This document shows, piece after piece, positions 1 to 9,567 of a DNA stretch of 64,000 nt. The stretch comes from an uncultured Acidimicrobiia bacterium (GTDB taxonomy: Bacteria > Actinomycetota > Acidimicrobiia > Acidimicrobiales > Ilumatobacteraceae): positions 727 to 64,726 of the forward strand of contig CAWJNE010000019.1 in the NCBI GenBank assembly GCA_963844175.1, in the 5' to 3' direction. Positions within the stretch are counted from its first letter, which is position 1, and each line of letters opens with the position of its first letter. The notes beneath the pieces are model-generated. The model searched no databases and was not told where the DNA came from. It worked only from the letters and a program-made list of their open reading frames with translations. The position numbers were made by a program, and so were the translations under genes.

Positions 1-179
1 AGGCCGGCGGTCCCACTGGACACGGCCACCGCCCCCGGCCACCCGGTGCGCGCGGCGATCTCGGCTTCGAACGCGTCGAGGTCCGGTCCGACCGGGGCGA
101 CCCAGCCGGAGTCGATGGCCCGCAGCAGGTACTCACGCTCCAGCGGGCCGACGTCCGGCGGGCTGAGGAAGATCGTCAC
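1..179 (-). CDS. DegT/DnrJ/EryC1/StrS-family sugar aminotransferase, N-terminal part only (gene runs off the window)
   Basis: Reverse translation from GTG at 179 reads VTIFLSPPDVGPLEREYLLRAIDSGWVAPVGPDLDAFEAEIAARTGW, a typical N-terminus of this family. GTGA overlap with the stop of the upstream dehydrogenase gene. Confidence 0.6.
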   Translation of the reverse strand, partial: MTIFLSPPDVGPLEREYLLRAIDSGWVAPVGPDLDAFEAEIAARTGWPGAVAVSSGTAG

Positions 180-1435
180 AGCCGTTCGACGTGTTCGCCG
201 CGCAGGCGGTTGCGGGTGTCGAAGACGTACCGGGCGTGGCGCACGACGAGGTCGTAGTCGACATCGTCATGATCCGTGACCAGGACGACAGCGTCGCACC
301 CGCCCAGGACCTCGGCGGTCAGCGGCACCCGGGCGGCCAGCTGGTCGACGCCGTGGGCGCCGACGTGTTCGTCGTGGACGACGACCTCGGCGCCGAGATC
401 GCACAGCCCGTGCACGACCCCGTCGGCCGGTGTCTCGCGGCCGTCGTTGGTGTTCTTCTTGTAGGCCAGCCCGAGCACGAGCACTCGCGATCCGTTCACG
501 GCCCGGCGCCGCTCGTTGAGCCCGAGCTGGACGCGATGCACCACGTAGCGCGGCATCTGGGCGTTGACGTCGTTGGCCGTGTCCACGAAGCGCGAGGACA
601 CGCCCAGCTGGCGCTCGATCCGCCAGGACAGGTACGACGGGTCGATCGGCAGGCAGTGGCCGCCGACGCCGGGTCCCGGCCAGAACGGCATGAACCCGAA
701 CGGCTTCGTGTCGGCGGCGGCGATCGCCTCCCAGATGTCGACGTCCAACGCCTTGGCGTGGATCGCCAGCTCGTTGACGAGTGCCACGTTGACGTGACGG
801 AACGTGTTCTCGAGGAGCTTGGTGAGCTCGGCGACGCGAGTCGTCGACACCGGCACGATCTTGTCCACGAGACGGGCATAGAACTCGCCGACGACGGTCG
901 CCGACTCGGGGGTGAGGCCGGCGACGACCTTGGGGGTGGTGACGAACGAGGCATGGTCGCCGGGGCTGATCCGCTCGGGGGAGTAGCCGATATGGACGTC
1001 GCGCCCGGCCTTGAGCCCCGACGCCGACTCGATGATCGGCGCCAGCAGCTCGTCGGTGGTGCCCGGATAGGTGGTCGACTCGAGGATCACGGTGGCGCCG
1101 GACCGGACCAGCGGACCGAGCAGGTGGGCGGCCGCCTCGATGTAGGTGAGGTCCGGCACGCCGTCGGTGAGCGGCGTGGGCACCGTGATGACGGCGACGT
1201 CGAACGGTGTCAGCTCGCTCGGCGCGGACAAGGCGCGGTAGCGGCCCGACGCCGCCGCCGCCGCGACGTCGGCGTCGGTGACGTCGCTGACGTGGGACCG
1301 GCCCTCGCGCAGTCCGGCGACCCGTCGCTCATCGACGTCGAACGCCGTCACGGCGAAGCCGACCTCGACCGCCCGCATGGCCAGTGGCAGCCCGACGTAC
1401 CCCTGACCGACGACGAGCAGCTCGGTCGCAGGCAT
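176..1435 (-). CDS. nucleotide-sugar dehydrogenase (UDP-glucose/GDP-mannose dehydrogenase family)
   Basis: 419-aa ORF with N-terminal Rossmann motif VVGQGYVGLPLA and the GGHCLPIDP catalytic-Cys region. Confidence 0.85.
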   Translation of the reverse strand: MPATELLVVGQGYVGLPLAMRAVEVGFAVTAFDVDERRVAGLREGRSHVSDVTDADVAAAAASGRYRALSAPSELTPFDVAVITVPTPLTDGVPDLTYIEAAAHLLGPLVRSGATVILESTTYPGTTDELLAPIIESASGLKAGRDVHIGYSPERISPGDHASFVTTPKVVAGLTPESATVVGEFYARLVDKIVPVSTTRVAELTKLLENTFRHVNVALVNELAIHAKALDVDIWEAIAAADTKPFGFMPFWPGPGVGGHCLPIDPSYLSWRIERQLGVSSRFVDTANDVNAQMPRYVVHRVQLGLNERRRAVNGSRVLVLGLAYKKNTNDGRETPADGVVHGLCDLGAEVVVHDEHVGAHGVDQLAARVPLTAEVLGGCDAVVLVTDHDDVDYDLVVRHARYVFDTRNRLRGEHVERL

Positions 1436-1478
1436 CTGCGCACGGTACCGGGCGGCGGCCGCGCCGTTCGGTGCGCGT

Positions 1479-1556
1479 GTTCTGGGTGCGGTCAGCCCCC
1501 GGATCCGGGGTCTCGGCGCGCCCGGATGTGCCGCTGGGACGGAGCGCGCCCAGAAC
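1479..1556. terminator. structured intergenic hairpin (possible terminator after the SDR gene)
   Basis: GTTCTGGGTGCG (1479-1490) pairs with CGCGCCCAGAAC (1545-1556) with one mismatch. It encloses the perfect 14-bp palindrome CCCCGGATCCGGGG (1497-1510). No T-tract. Confidence 0.35.
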
Positions 1557-1573
1557 GGATCGCGGCAGGAGGG

Positions 1574-2539
1574 TCAGACCGGCATTGCTGCGAAGACGCC
1601 CTGCTGGCGGAGGCGGTCGAGGAAGTCGGGCTCGTAGGCGTCCGTCGGGTGCTCGCGGACGGCCACATCGAGCTGGTGGGCGTCGTCACCGACCAGGATC
1701 CGCCACTCCCCGGCGCGCACGCCGTCGAGGATGATCGTCGCTGCCGCGGCAGCCGACGTCGGCGCGTTGTCGCGGAAGCCCTCGGCGATCGCCACCATCG
1801 CGTTGCGCATGTCCTCGTCGGACGCCATCGAGACGTCAAGACCCTGCGTGCTGAACCGTGCCCGCAGCTGGGCAACTTGCTCGTCGTCCAGCTCCTTGGG
1901 GTCGCGCCCGAAGTACTGGCCCGAGTTGAACACGATCGACGTGCCGACGTGCCCGGGCATGACGACCGAGGCGCGCAGGTGCGGGGCGTTCTGGCGGAAG
2001 TCGGCGATCAGCGCCTCGGTGAACCCCTTCACGGCGAACTTGGCTGCGCTGTACGCCGTGTGGGCGTTGCCGCCGAGCGTCGCCCAGAACCCGTTGACGC
2101 TGCTCGTGTTGACGACGTGACCAGCCTCGCTGGCCAGCAGCAGCGGCAGGAACGTCCGGGTGCCGAGGTAGACACCGCCCCAGCACACGGCGAAGACCTG
2201 GTCCCACTCCTCGCGGGCGTCGGCCACGAAGCTGCCGGCGCCGCCGATCCCGGCGTTGTTGAACAGCAGGTCGAGGTGATCGGTGGCGTGGGCCTCCTCG
2301 ACGTGGCGCCGGAAGGCGATCAGCTGCTCCTCGTCGGCCACATCGGCGACGAAGGCCGACACGACCGTCCCCTCCGGGGCGTCGACCTCGCACAGGGCGA
2401 TCGTCTCGGCCATGTTCGTCGCCGACACGTCGCAGATGGCGACGTGGCAGCCCTCGGCGGACAGCTGCCGGGCCAGCTCCCGACCCATCCCCGTGCCCCC
2501 ACCCGTGACCACCGCCAGCTTCCCCGTGAACCGATCCAT
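1574..2539 (-). CDS. SDR family oxidoreductase
   Basis: ORF 1574-2668 trimmed to the ATG at 2539, giving MDRFTGKLAVVTGGGTGMGRE (TGxxxGxG right after the start). YSAAK catalytic motif present. Confidence 0.8.
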   Translation of the reverse strand: MDRFTGKLAVVTGGGTGMGRELARQLSAEGCHVAICDVSATNMAETIALCEVDAPEGTVVSAFVADVADEEQLIAFRRHVEEAHATDHLDLLFNNAGIGGAGSFVADAREEWDQVFAVCWGGVYLGTRTFLPLLLASEAGHVVNTSSVNGFWATLGGNAHTAYSAAKFAVKGFTEALIADFRQNAPHLRASVVMPGHVGTSIVFNSGQYFGRDPKELDDEQVAQLRARFSTQGLDVSMASDEDMRNAMVAIAEGFRDNAPTSAAAAATIILDGVRAGEWRILVGDDAHQLDVAVREHPTDAYEPDFLDRLRQQGVFAAMPV

Positions 2540-2667
2540 CGGCGCAGTCTCATCGACCCCGGCAGGCGGACGGAAACCGGCTCGTCGGGGTCCGCGACCG
2601 CGGCGACGCAGGTGCTGTAGCTTTCCGGCGGCTCGTGCCCGCTCGAGCCAGGGGAAGTGAGGGAACA

Positions 2668-3510
2668 ATGCGAGATCGGTCCGCTACACCCGTGCGCCGT
2701 CGCCGCCTCATCGGCGTGACCGCGATGACCGCCGCCGTCGTGGTGGCCGTGCCACTCGGCCAATCCGCCATCGCCGCCAGCGGCGGGTCGGCGACCGCAA
2801 CCACCGCGGCCGTGGACATCAACTCCAACGTCGAGCCGATCGATCTCAACCTGCAGGGGGAGAGCGAGCTGGTCGTGGCGCCGCCAGGGATCGGCACCAG
2901 CATCGACAACGACGATGTCGCGTTCGAGTACCTCGACAGCTCGCTGGTCGTCGACGTGGACGAGACAGAGGCGTTCCGGTACGACGGTGGGCTCAGTGCG
3001 GATTCGAACACGAACAGCACGTCGCTGACCCTGCTCGGCGAGCTGATGTTCACCGCCGGTCAAATCGGGTCGTCGGTGTTGTGCCCGACCGACATCGAGC
3101 CCGCCGGCGGGGGCATCGCCGGCGCCGCAGAGGTCGACCTCGGCGGCGGCCCGGTCTCCCTCGAGCCCGGCGACTCGACCTCGTACTCGTTCTCCTTCGA
3201 CTCGCCGTACTTCGATCCGAACTCGGCCAGCGCCGACCTCTTCGCCGAGACGATCGTGGCCCAGAGCGACGATGGCGAGAACGCCGCCACCGGACTGCTG
3301 GTCGAGGTCTCGATCAACGGCACGCCGCTCGGCGTCGGCGACGGACCGTTCCCGGGGATCATCACCGGCAGCGTCGTGATCGCCACGTCGTTCTGCTCGC
3401 CGGACGGCTTGGCCAACACTGGTCCGGCGTCCACCGGCATCCTGCTGCTGGCCGGCGTGATGTTCCTGGCCGCCGGCTCGTCGGCGCTGGTCTGGACCCG
3501 CCGCCGCTGA
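2668..3510 (+). CDS. secreted cell-wall-anchored surface protein with LAXTG sorting signal
   Basis: ATG 2668 is preceded by GAGGGA. N-terminal RRRR plus hydrophobic signal peptide. The C-terminus is LANTG, then a hydrophobic stretch, then an RRR tail. Confidence 0.7.
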   Translation: MRDRSATPVRRRRLIGVTAMTAAVVVAVPLGQSAIAASGGSATATTAAVDINSNVEPIDLNLQGESELVVAPPGIGTSIDNDDVAFEYLDSSLVVDVDETEAFRYDGGLSADSNTNSTSLTLLGELMFTAGQIGSSVLCPTDIEPAGGGIAGAAEVDLGGGPVSLEPGDSTSYSFSFDSPYFDPNSASADLFAETIVAQSDDGENAATGLLVEVSINGTPLGVGDGPFPGIITGSVVIATSFCSPDGLANTGPASTGILLLAGVMFLAAGSSALVWTRRR

Positions 3511-3629
3511 CCTGACCCGGTCCTGACAGTTCGACTCGGTCCTGACTCGTCGGGGCCGCAAGCGACCGGTTCGGCGTCCGTCCACCGTCTCGTCACCGGG
3601 CCGTCACACCCGGCGCGTACGGTGGACGC

Positions 3630-4835
3630 ATGCGTCGAGCTCTCGCCAGCCTCACCGCCGTTCTCGGCCTCGCCGCGGTGGTCGCCGTCTCTGCACCGTT
3701 CGGTGCCGACGCCGCGCCGCGTGATCCGGTTCGGTTCGCCACGTTCAACGCCAGCCTCAACCGGGCCGAGGCCGGTCAGCTGCGGGCTCAGCTCGAGGCG
3801 GCCGTCGATGGCACCGTCGATCCTCAGCTTCAGGCTGTTCTGGACATCGTGGAGGCCAACGACCCGGACGTGCTGCTGATCAACGAGTTCGACACCGGCG
3901 TCGACGGTGATCCCTACACGGTCGCCCTGTTCGCCCAGCTCGCCAAGTATGAGTACTGGTTCACCGCCCCGTCGAACACGGGCGTGCCGTCGGGGTTGGA
4001 CCTCGACAACAGCGGCTCGATCGGTGGAGGCAACGACGCGTTCGGGTTCGGCGCCTTCCCGGGCCAGTTCGGCATGGCCGTGTTCTCCAAGTACCCGATC
4101 GATGCCGAGGCGGCGCGCACGTTCCAGACGTTCCGCTGGGCCGATATGCCCGGGGCACGCCTGCCGATCGACCCGGCCACGGGGCAGTCGTGGTACTCGC
4201 CGGCAGAGCTCGAAGCGGTCCGTCTCTCGTCGAAGAGCCACTGGGACGTCCCGATCGACGTCGACGGGCGCACCGTTCACTTCCTCGTCAGCCACCCCAC
4301 GCCCCCGGTGTTCGACGGACCCGAGGACCGCAACGGCACGCGCAACTTCGACGAGATCAGGTTCTGGGCCGACTACGTCCGGCCGGGCAACACGTCTCGG
4401 TACATCTACGACGACGCCGGCGGCACCGGTGGGCTGCGGCCGGGGGAGCGCTTCGTCATCGCCGGCGACCAGAACTCCGACCCGCTCGACGGCGACTCCA
4501 TCCCGGGATCCATCCAGCAGCTGCTCGAGCACCCACAGATCAACACCCGGATGACGCCGGCCAGCGAGGGGGCCGTGGAGGCGTCCATCCTGCAGGGCGG
4601 GGCGAACACCACGCATCGCAGCGACCCGGCATTCGACACAGCGGACTTCGCCGACACCGCGCCCGGCAACCTGCGCGCCGACTACGTACTGCCGTCGCGC
4701 GACCTGAAGATCCTGGCGTCCGGCGTGTTCTGGCCGGTCAGCACCGATCCGCTCTCGGCGCTGACCGGGGTGTTCCCGTTCCCGTCGTCGGACCACCGTC
4801 TGGTGTGGGTCGACGTGCGCAACCCCGGCGGCTGA
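3630..4835 (+). CDS. secreted endonuclease/exonuclease/phosphatase (EEP) family protein
   Basis: Signal peptide MRRALASLTAVLGLAAVVAVSAP. LINEFD and the C-terminal SSDHRLVWVDV motif are typical of the EEP fold. Confidence 0.7.
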   Translation: MRRALASLTAVLGLAAVVAVSAPFGADAAPRDPVRFATFNASLNRAEAGQLRAQLEAAVDGTVDPQLQAVLDIVEANDPDVLLINEFDTGVDGDPYTVALFAQLAKYEYWFTAPSNTGVPSGLDLDNSGSIGGGNDAFGFGAFPGQFGMAVFSKYPIDAEAARTFQTFRWADMPGARLPIDPATGQSWYSPAELEAVRLSSKSHWDVPIDVDGRTVHFLVSHPTPPVFDGPEDRNGTRNFDEIRFWADYVRPGNTSRYIYDDAGGTGGLRPGERFVIAGDQNSDPLDGDSIPGSIQQLLEHPQINTRMTPASEGAVEASILQGGANTTHRSDPAFDTADFADTAPGNLRADYVLPSRDLKILASGVFWPVSTDPLSALTGVFPFPSSDHRLVWVDVRNPGG

Positions 4836-4869
4836 TCGCCGCTCGCCATCGCCGTCTACGGTCCCGTCG

Positions 4870-5595
4870 ATGGATCTGGGGATCGAAGGACGGCGGGCCG
4901 CCGTCGCCGCCGCATCGGGTGGGCTGGGACTGGCGTCGGCGGCGGCGCTGGCGGCCGAAGGCGCGTCGGTCGCCATCTGCGGCCGGGACCAGGGCCGGAT
5001 CGACGAAGCGGCGGCGAACGTCGGGCACGGCTGCGTCGGGCTGGTCTGCGACGTCGCCGGCGCCAAGGGCGCCAGCTCGTTCGTCGCCGCCGCCACCGAG
5101 GCGCTGGGTGGCATCGACATCCTGGTCACCAACGCCGGGGGACCGCCGCCGGGCAACTTCGCATCGACCGATGTCGACGCCTATCCCGCCGCGCTGGACC
5201 TCAACCTGATGTCGGTCGTCGCCATGTGCAAGGCGGCGGTGCCCCCGATGCAGGCCGCCGGGTGGGGCCGGGTCGTTGCCATCACCTCGGTGGCGGTGCG
5301 CCAGCCGATCCCCGAGCTGATCCTCTCCAACACGGCGCGGGCCGGCGCCACCGGCTTCCTGAAGACGCTGGCCAGGGAGGTCGCCGTCGACGGGGTGACC
5401 GTCAACTCGATCCAACCCGGCGTGCACCGCACGGCGCGCATCGTGTCGCTCTATGGCGATGCGGTCGACGGCATGACGCTGGGCGACGCCGGCGACTTCG
5501 GCTCGATCGTCGCCTTCATGTGCAGCCAGCAGGCCAACTTCCTGACCGGCGCCCAGATCCACGTCGACGGCGGGTCGTACCAGGCGCTGTTGTAG
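4870..5595 (+). CDS. SDR family oxidoreductase
   Basis: 241 aa. Glycine-rich dinucleotide motif AAASGGLGLA, NAGG motif, and the length and layout of a classical SDR. Confidence 0.75.
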   Translation: MDLGIEGRRAAVAAASGGLGLASAAALAAEGASVAICGRDQGRIDEAAANVGHGCVGLVCDVAGAKGASSFVAAATEALGGIDILVTNAGGPPPGNFASTDVDAYPAALDLNLMSVVAMCKAAVPPMQAAGWGRVVAITSVAVRQPIPELILSNTARAGATGFLKTLAREVAVDGVTVNSIQPGVHRTARIVSLYGDAVDGMTLGDAGDFGSIVAFMCSQQANFLTGAQIHVDGGSYQALL

Positions 5596-5603
5596 GCGCC
5601 TGG

Positions 5604-6431
5604 TCAGACGGTGGCGGAAGCCTCCAGCGCCCGGCGGGTCAGGACCTTGGCCAGGTGGGTGCGGTACTCCACGCTGGCGTTGAGGTCGGCCTGCGGGTCG
5701 GCCTCGGCGGCGGCCTGTTCGGCGGCCTCCTCGACGGATGCGCCACCGGCCAGCGCCGACGCCACGCTGGTGGCGAGGATCGGCGTCGAGCCCATGTTGA
5801 CCAGCCCGACGCCGGCGTCGCCGTTGCGCCGCCACGCCGCGACGCCGACGATCGCCCAGTCCTGGGCTCGGCGGTTGAACTTCTGGAACCCCCAACCGGC
5901 GCCCTGCATCTTGGGGACGCGGATCTCGGTCAGCAGCTCGTCGGCGGCCAACGTCGACGTGAGGAAGCTCTCGTAGAAGTCGGCGGCGGCGATCTCACGC
6001 GTGCCGTTCGGCCCTTGGGCGACGTAGGTGGCACCGAGCGCCAGCGTCGTGGCCGGGAGGTCCGATGCCGGGTCGGCGTGGGCGATCGACCCGCCGATCG
6101 TGCCGCGGTGACGGACCTGCGGGTCGCCGACGTGGCTGGCCGCATGGGCCAGCAAGGGCACGTGCTCGGCGAGCACGTCGGACCGCTCGACCTCGGAGTG
6201 CCGTGTCAGGGCACCGATGGCGATGTGGTCGCCGGCGTCCCGGATGTACGACAGATCGCTCAGACGGCCGATGTCGATCAGCACCGTCGGCTGGGCCAGG
6301 CGCAGCTTCATCAGCGGCAGGAGGCTGTGGCCCCCGGCCAGGAACTTGGCGTCCTCGCCGTGCTCACCGAGGAGGCTGATTGCCTCCTCGGCCGAACCGG
6401 CCCGGACGTAGTCGAACGCGGCCGGGATCAT
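5604..6431 (-). CDS. FAD-binding medium subunit of a xanthine dehydrogenase/CO dehydrogenase-family enzyme (CoxM/CutM-like)
   Basis: Lower part of the 5604-8654 ORF, starting MIPAAFDYVRAGSAEEAISLL...AGGHSLLPLMKLR. ATGA overlap with the large-subunit stop. Confidence 0.85.
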   Translation of the reverse strand: MIPAAFDYVRAGSAEEAISLLGEHGEDAKFLAGGHSLLPLMKLRLAQPTVLIDIGRLSDLSYIRDAGDHIAIGALTRHSEVERSDVLAEHVPLLAHAASHVGDPQVRHRGTIGGSIAHADPASDLPATTLALGATYVAQGPNGTREIAAADFYESFLTSTLAADELLTEIRVPKMQGAGWGFQKFNRRAQDWAIVGVAAWRRNGDAGVGLVNMGSTPILATSVASALAGGASVEEAAEQAAAEADPQADLNASVEYRTHLAKVLTRRALEASATV

Positions 6432-8896
6432 CCTGCTTCCCCTTCTCCTGCGGTGGTGGTTCGGGCGGTGACGCCCTTGTGGTCGCCGACGTCCGTGCCG
6501 GCGGTGTCGGCATCGTCGGGCGCCCGCCCGTGGATCGCCTTCCACACGTTCAGCGGGCTGGCCGGCATCGGCAGGTCGCGCACACCGAGCCCGGACAGGG
6601 CGTCGACGATGGCGTTGATCACGGCCGGCGCGGCGCCGATGGTGCCCGCCTCGCCGATGCCCTTGACGCCGAGCTGGTTGGTCGGCGACGGCGTCACGGT
6701 GTGGCCGAGCGTGATCGACGGCACGTCGCTGGCCGCCGGCACGAGGTACTCCGCCAGCGTGCTCGTCTTCAGGTTGCCGTCGCTGTCGTAGACGGCCTCC
6801 TCGAACAGCGCCTGGGCTAAGCCCTGCACGACGCCGCCGTGCACCTGACCGTCGACGATCAGCGGGTTGATCTGCACACCGCAGTCGTCGACGGCGACGT
6901 ACTGCTGCACGTCGACGGCGCCGGTCTCGGTGTCGACCTCGACGACGCACATGTGCGTACCGAACGGCCACGAGAAGTTCGGTGGGTCGTACGTCGTGTG
7001 CGCCTCGAGGTTCGGCTCCAGGTCGTCGGGCAGGTTGTGGCCCGTGAAGGCCTCGAAGGCGATGGCGGCCAGCGGCATCGACTTGTCGGGCGTGCCCTTG
7101 ACGGTGAACGCACCACCGCCGTACTCGAGGTCGTCGGCGCTGGCCTCCAGGTGGTGGGCGGCGATCAGCTTGGCCTTGTCGATCACCTTGTCGCAGGCCA
7201 TGGCGATGGCCACGCCGCCGACGGGCAGTGACCGCGACCCGTAGGTGTCGAGGCCGAGCGGTGAGATGGCGGTGTCGCTGTGCAGCACGTGGACGTCGTC
7301 GGGGCTGATGCCGAGCTTGTCGGCGACGATCATCGACCAGGCCGTCTCGTGCCCCTGACCGTGCGGGGCGGTCCCCGTGACGACCTGCACCTTGGCCGTC
7401 GGCAGGACCCGGACCGTCGCCGACTCCCAGCCGCCGGCCGAGTAGTTCAGCGAGTGCAGGACGCGTGACGGCGCCAGCCCGCACATCTCGAAGTAGGACG
7501 ACACGCCGATGCCGAGGCGCTTGGTGGCGCCGTCGACGTTCTGGTCCGCTTGGCGGCGCCGGACGTCGTCGTAGCCGACGAGCTCCGCGGCCTTCGTAGC
7601 TGCCGCGTCGTGATCGCCCGAGTCGTAGGACAACCCGCTCCACGCCTCGTACGGGTAGGCCTCGGTGGCGATGAAGTTGCGGCGCCGCAGCTCCAGCGGA
7701 TCGATGCCGACCTCGACGGCCAGCGCGTCCATCGCCCGCTCGATGGCGTAGGTGGCCTCGGGGCGCCCGGCGCCGCGGTAGGCGTCGGTCGGCGTCATCG
7801 TCGTGAACACGGAGGTGCACTCGAAGTCGTAGGCCTTCGGCAGGTGGTAGACGCCGGCGTACAGGAACGCACCGAGGATCGGGATGCCGGGGGTGACGAG
7901 CTGGAGGTACGCACCCATGTCGGCGAGCAGCCGGACCCGCACCGCGGTCAACTTGCCGTCGGCGTCGGCGGCGAGGTCGATGTGCTGGATCTGCCCGCGA
8001 CCGTGGATCGTGGCCTGGGCGTTCTCGGAGCGCGACTCGTTCCAGCGCACCGGGCCGCCGTGCTTGCGGGCCAGGGCCATGCACAGCAGCTCTTCGGCGT
8101 AGACGTTGAGCTTGGAGCCGAAGCCTCCGCCGACGGCCGGTGCGACGACGCGCACCTGGTGCTCGGGGATGCCGAGCGTGATCGCGCTCATGATCTTGAG
8201 GATGTGCGGGATCTGCGTCGCCGAGTAGAGCGTGATGTCGCCGCCGAACGGCTGCGGCACGGCGACGACGGCGCGCGCTTCCATCGCCATCGGCAGCAGG
8301 CGCTGCTGCACGTACCGCTCGTGGACCTGGAAGGCGGCGTCCTCGAAGGCCTTGTCGACGGCGCCCTCCGGCTCCTCGACCTTGAGCGCCCACGTGTAGC
8401 TCTTGTTCGTGCCGAGCTCGTCGTGGATGACGACGCGATCCGAGAGCGCGTCCTCGAGGTCGATCACGGCCTCGAGCGCGTCGTACTCGACCTCGACCGC
8501 CTCGACGGCGTCGCGGGCCGCCGTCTCGCTGGTGGCGAGGACGGCCGCCACCCCGTCGCCGACGTAGGCGACCTTGCCGCGCGCCAGCGGGTAGTGGGCC
8601 GGGTTCTTCATGTCCTCGGTGACGGGCCAGGCGCACGGCATCGGGGCGGCCCACAGGTCGGCGAGGTCGTCGCCCGTGTAGACGGCCACCACGCCGGGCA
8701 GGGCGGCGGCGGCTGCCGTGTCGATGCGCGTGATCCGGGCGTGGGCGTACGGGCTGCGGACGACGGCGAGGTGCAGGGCGCCGGGTACATCGAGGTCGTT
8801 CGTGTACCGGGCCTCGCCGGTGAGCAGGGCCGGGTCCTCGCGGCGCAGCAGGCGCTGGCCGATGACCTTCGTCGGTGCGGCTTCGGTGACCGTCAT
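6428..8896 (-). CDS. molybdopterin-binding large subunit, xanthine dehydrogenase/CoxL family (form II-type AYRGAGR loop)
   Basis: 822 aa. N-terminus VIGQRLLRREDPALLTGEARY. Active-site loop PTDAYRGAGRPE, not the form I AYxCSFR motif. Confidence 0.9.
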   Translation of the reverse strand: MTVTEAAPTKVIGQRLLRREDPALLTGEARYTNDLDVPGALHLAVVRSPYAHARITRIDTAAAAALPGVVAVYTGDDLADLWAAPMPCAWPVTEDMKNPAHYPLARGKVAYVGDGVAAVLATSETAARDAVEAVEVEYDALEAVIDLEDALSDRVVIHDELGTNKSYTWALKVEEPEGAVDKAFEDAAFQVHERYVQQRLLPMAMEARAVVAVPQPFGGDITLYSATQIPHILKIMSAITLGIPEHQVRVVAPAVGGGFGSKLNVYAEELLCMALARKHGGPVRWNESRSENAQATIHGRGQIQHIDLAADADGKLTAVRVRLLADMGAYLQLVTPGIPILGAFLYAGVYHLPKAYDFECTSVFTTMTPTDAYRGAGRPEATYAIERAMDALAVEVGIDPLELRRRNFIATEAYPYEAWSGLSYDSGDHDAAATKAAELVGYDDVRRRQADQNVDGATKRLGIGVSSYFEMCGLAPSRVLHSLNYSAGGWESATVRVLPTAKVQVVTGTAPHGQGHETAWSMIVADKLGISPDDVHVLHSDTAISPLGLDTYGSRSLPVGGVAIAMACDKVIDKAKLIAAHHLEASADDLEYGGGAFTVKGTPDKSMPLAAIAFEAFTGHNLPDDLEPNLEAHTTYDPPNFSWPFGTHMCVVEVDTETGAVDVQQYVAVDDCGVQINPLIVDGQVHGGVVQGLAQALFEEAVYDSDGNLKTSTLAEYLVPAASDVPSITLGHTVTPSPTNQLGVKGIGEAGTIGAAPAVINAIVDALSGLGVRDLPMPASPLNVWKAIHGRAPDDADTAGTDVGDHKGVTARTTTAGEGEAG

Positions 8897-8909
8897 GGTG
8901 CGCCGCCCC

Positions 8910-9365
8910 TCAGGCGTTCGCTGCGGCGAGGACGGCGAGCACGATGTTGTGGTAGCCGGTGCAGCGGCAGAGGTTGCCCTCCAGGCCGACGCGCACCTCC
9001 TGCTCGGTCGGGTTGGGGTTCTCGTCGAGCAGGCCCGTTGCCGCCATCACCATGCCCGGCGTGCAGTAGCCGCACTGCAGCCCGTGGTTGTCCATGAACG
9101 CCTGCTGCATCGGGTGCAGCTGGCCGTCGGTGGCGAGACCCTCGATCGTGGTGATGTCACCACCGTCGGCCTGCACGGCGAGGAGCGTGCAGCTCTTGAC
9201 CGACTGGCCGTCGAGGTGGATGGTGCAGGCACCGCAGGACGACGTGTCGCACCCGATGTTCGTGCCGGTCAGCCCGACCTGCTCACGGATGTAGTGCACG
9301 AGCAACGTGCGTGGTTCGACGTCGTCGGTGTGCGCGCTGCCGTTGACCGTGACGGTGATCTCCAC
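8910..9365 (-). CDS. (2Fe-2S)-binding small subunit (CoxS/CutS-like)
   Basis: GTG at 9365 has AAGGGGG upstream. VEITVTVNG...[10 protein letters not shown]...CGYCTPG...CRCTGY cysteine motifs. Confidence 0.85.
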   Translation of the reverse strand: MEITVTVNGSAHTDDVEPRTLLVHYIREQVGLTGTNIGCDTSSCGACTIHLDGQSVKSCTLLAVQADGGDITTIEGLATDGQLHPMQQAFMDNHGLQCGYCTPGMVMAATGLLDENPNPTEQEVRVGLEGNLCRCTGYHNIVLAVLAAANA

Positions 9366-9478
9366 GAAGTGCCCCCTTGGCGACTCGACTTGCCCCAGCG
9401 GTGGAATCTTGCCACGCCGGTCAGCCGCCCTCACAACGCCCCATGAGACCGACCTGTCTCGCGCGCGGGTATTCCCGC

Positions 9479-9531
9479 CCTCCTCGTCAGGTTTCTGGTC
9501 GGACGTCCGGCCAGAAACCTGACCAGGACGG
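9479..9531. repeat. ~50-bp palindromic element, copy 1
   Basis: CCTCCTCGTCAGGTTTCTGGTCGGACGTCCGGCCAGAAACCTGACCAGGACGG. Near-perfect hairpin centred on CGGACGTCCG. A near-identical copy lies at 10497-10549. Confidence 0.85.
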
Positions 9532-9567
9532 CGATCGTTCCGTTCGGGCTCGGTCGGCGCGCCCAGG

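Noticed and set aside
191-2620. Very long ORFs antisense or out of frame to recognisable genes (for example 191-2620 plus, 3060-5156 minus, upper part of 5604-8654 minus, 29793-33590 minus, 32821-35541 minus, 43627-46056 plus, 43703-46123 minus)
   Set aside because: Their translations are low-complexity Arg/Gly/Pro/Ala-rich. They overlap ORFs with clear family motifs and strong GC3 bias. Stop-poor frames like these are typical of a ~70% GC genome.
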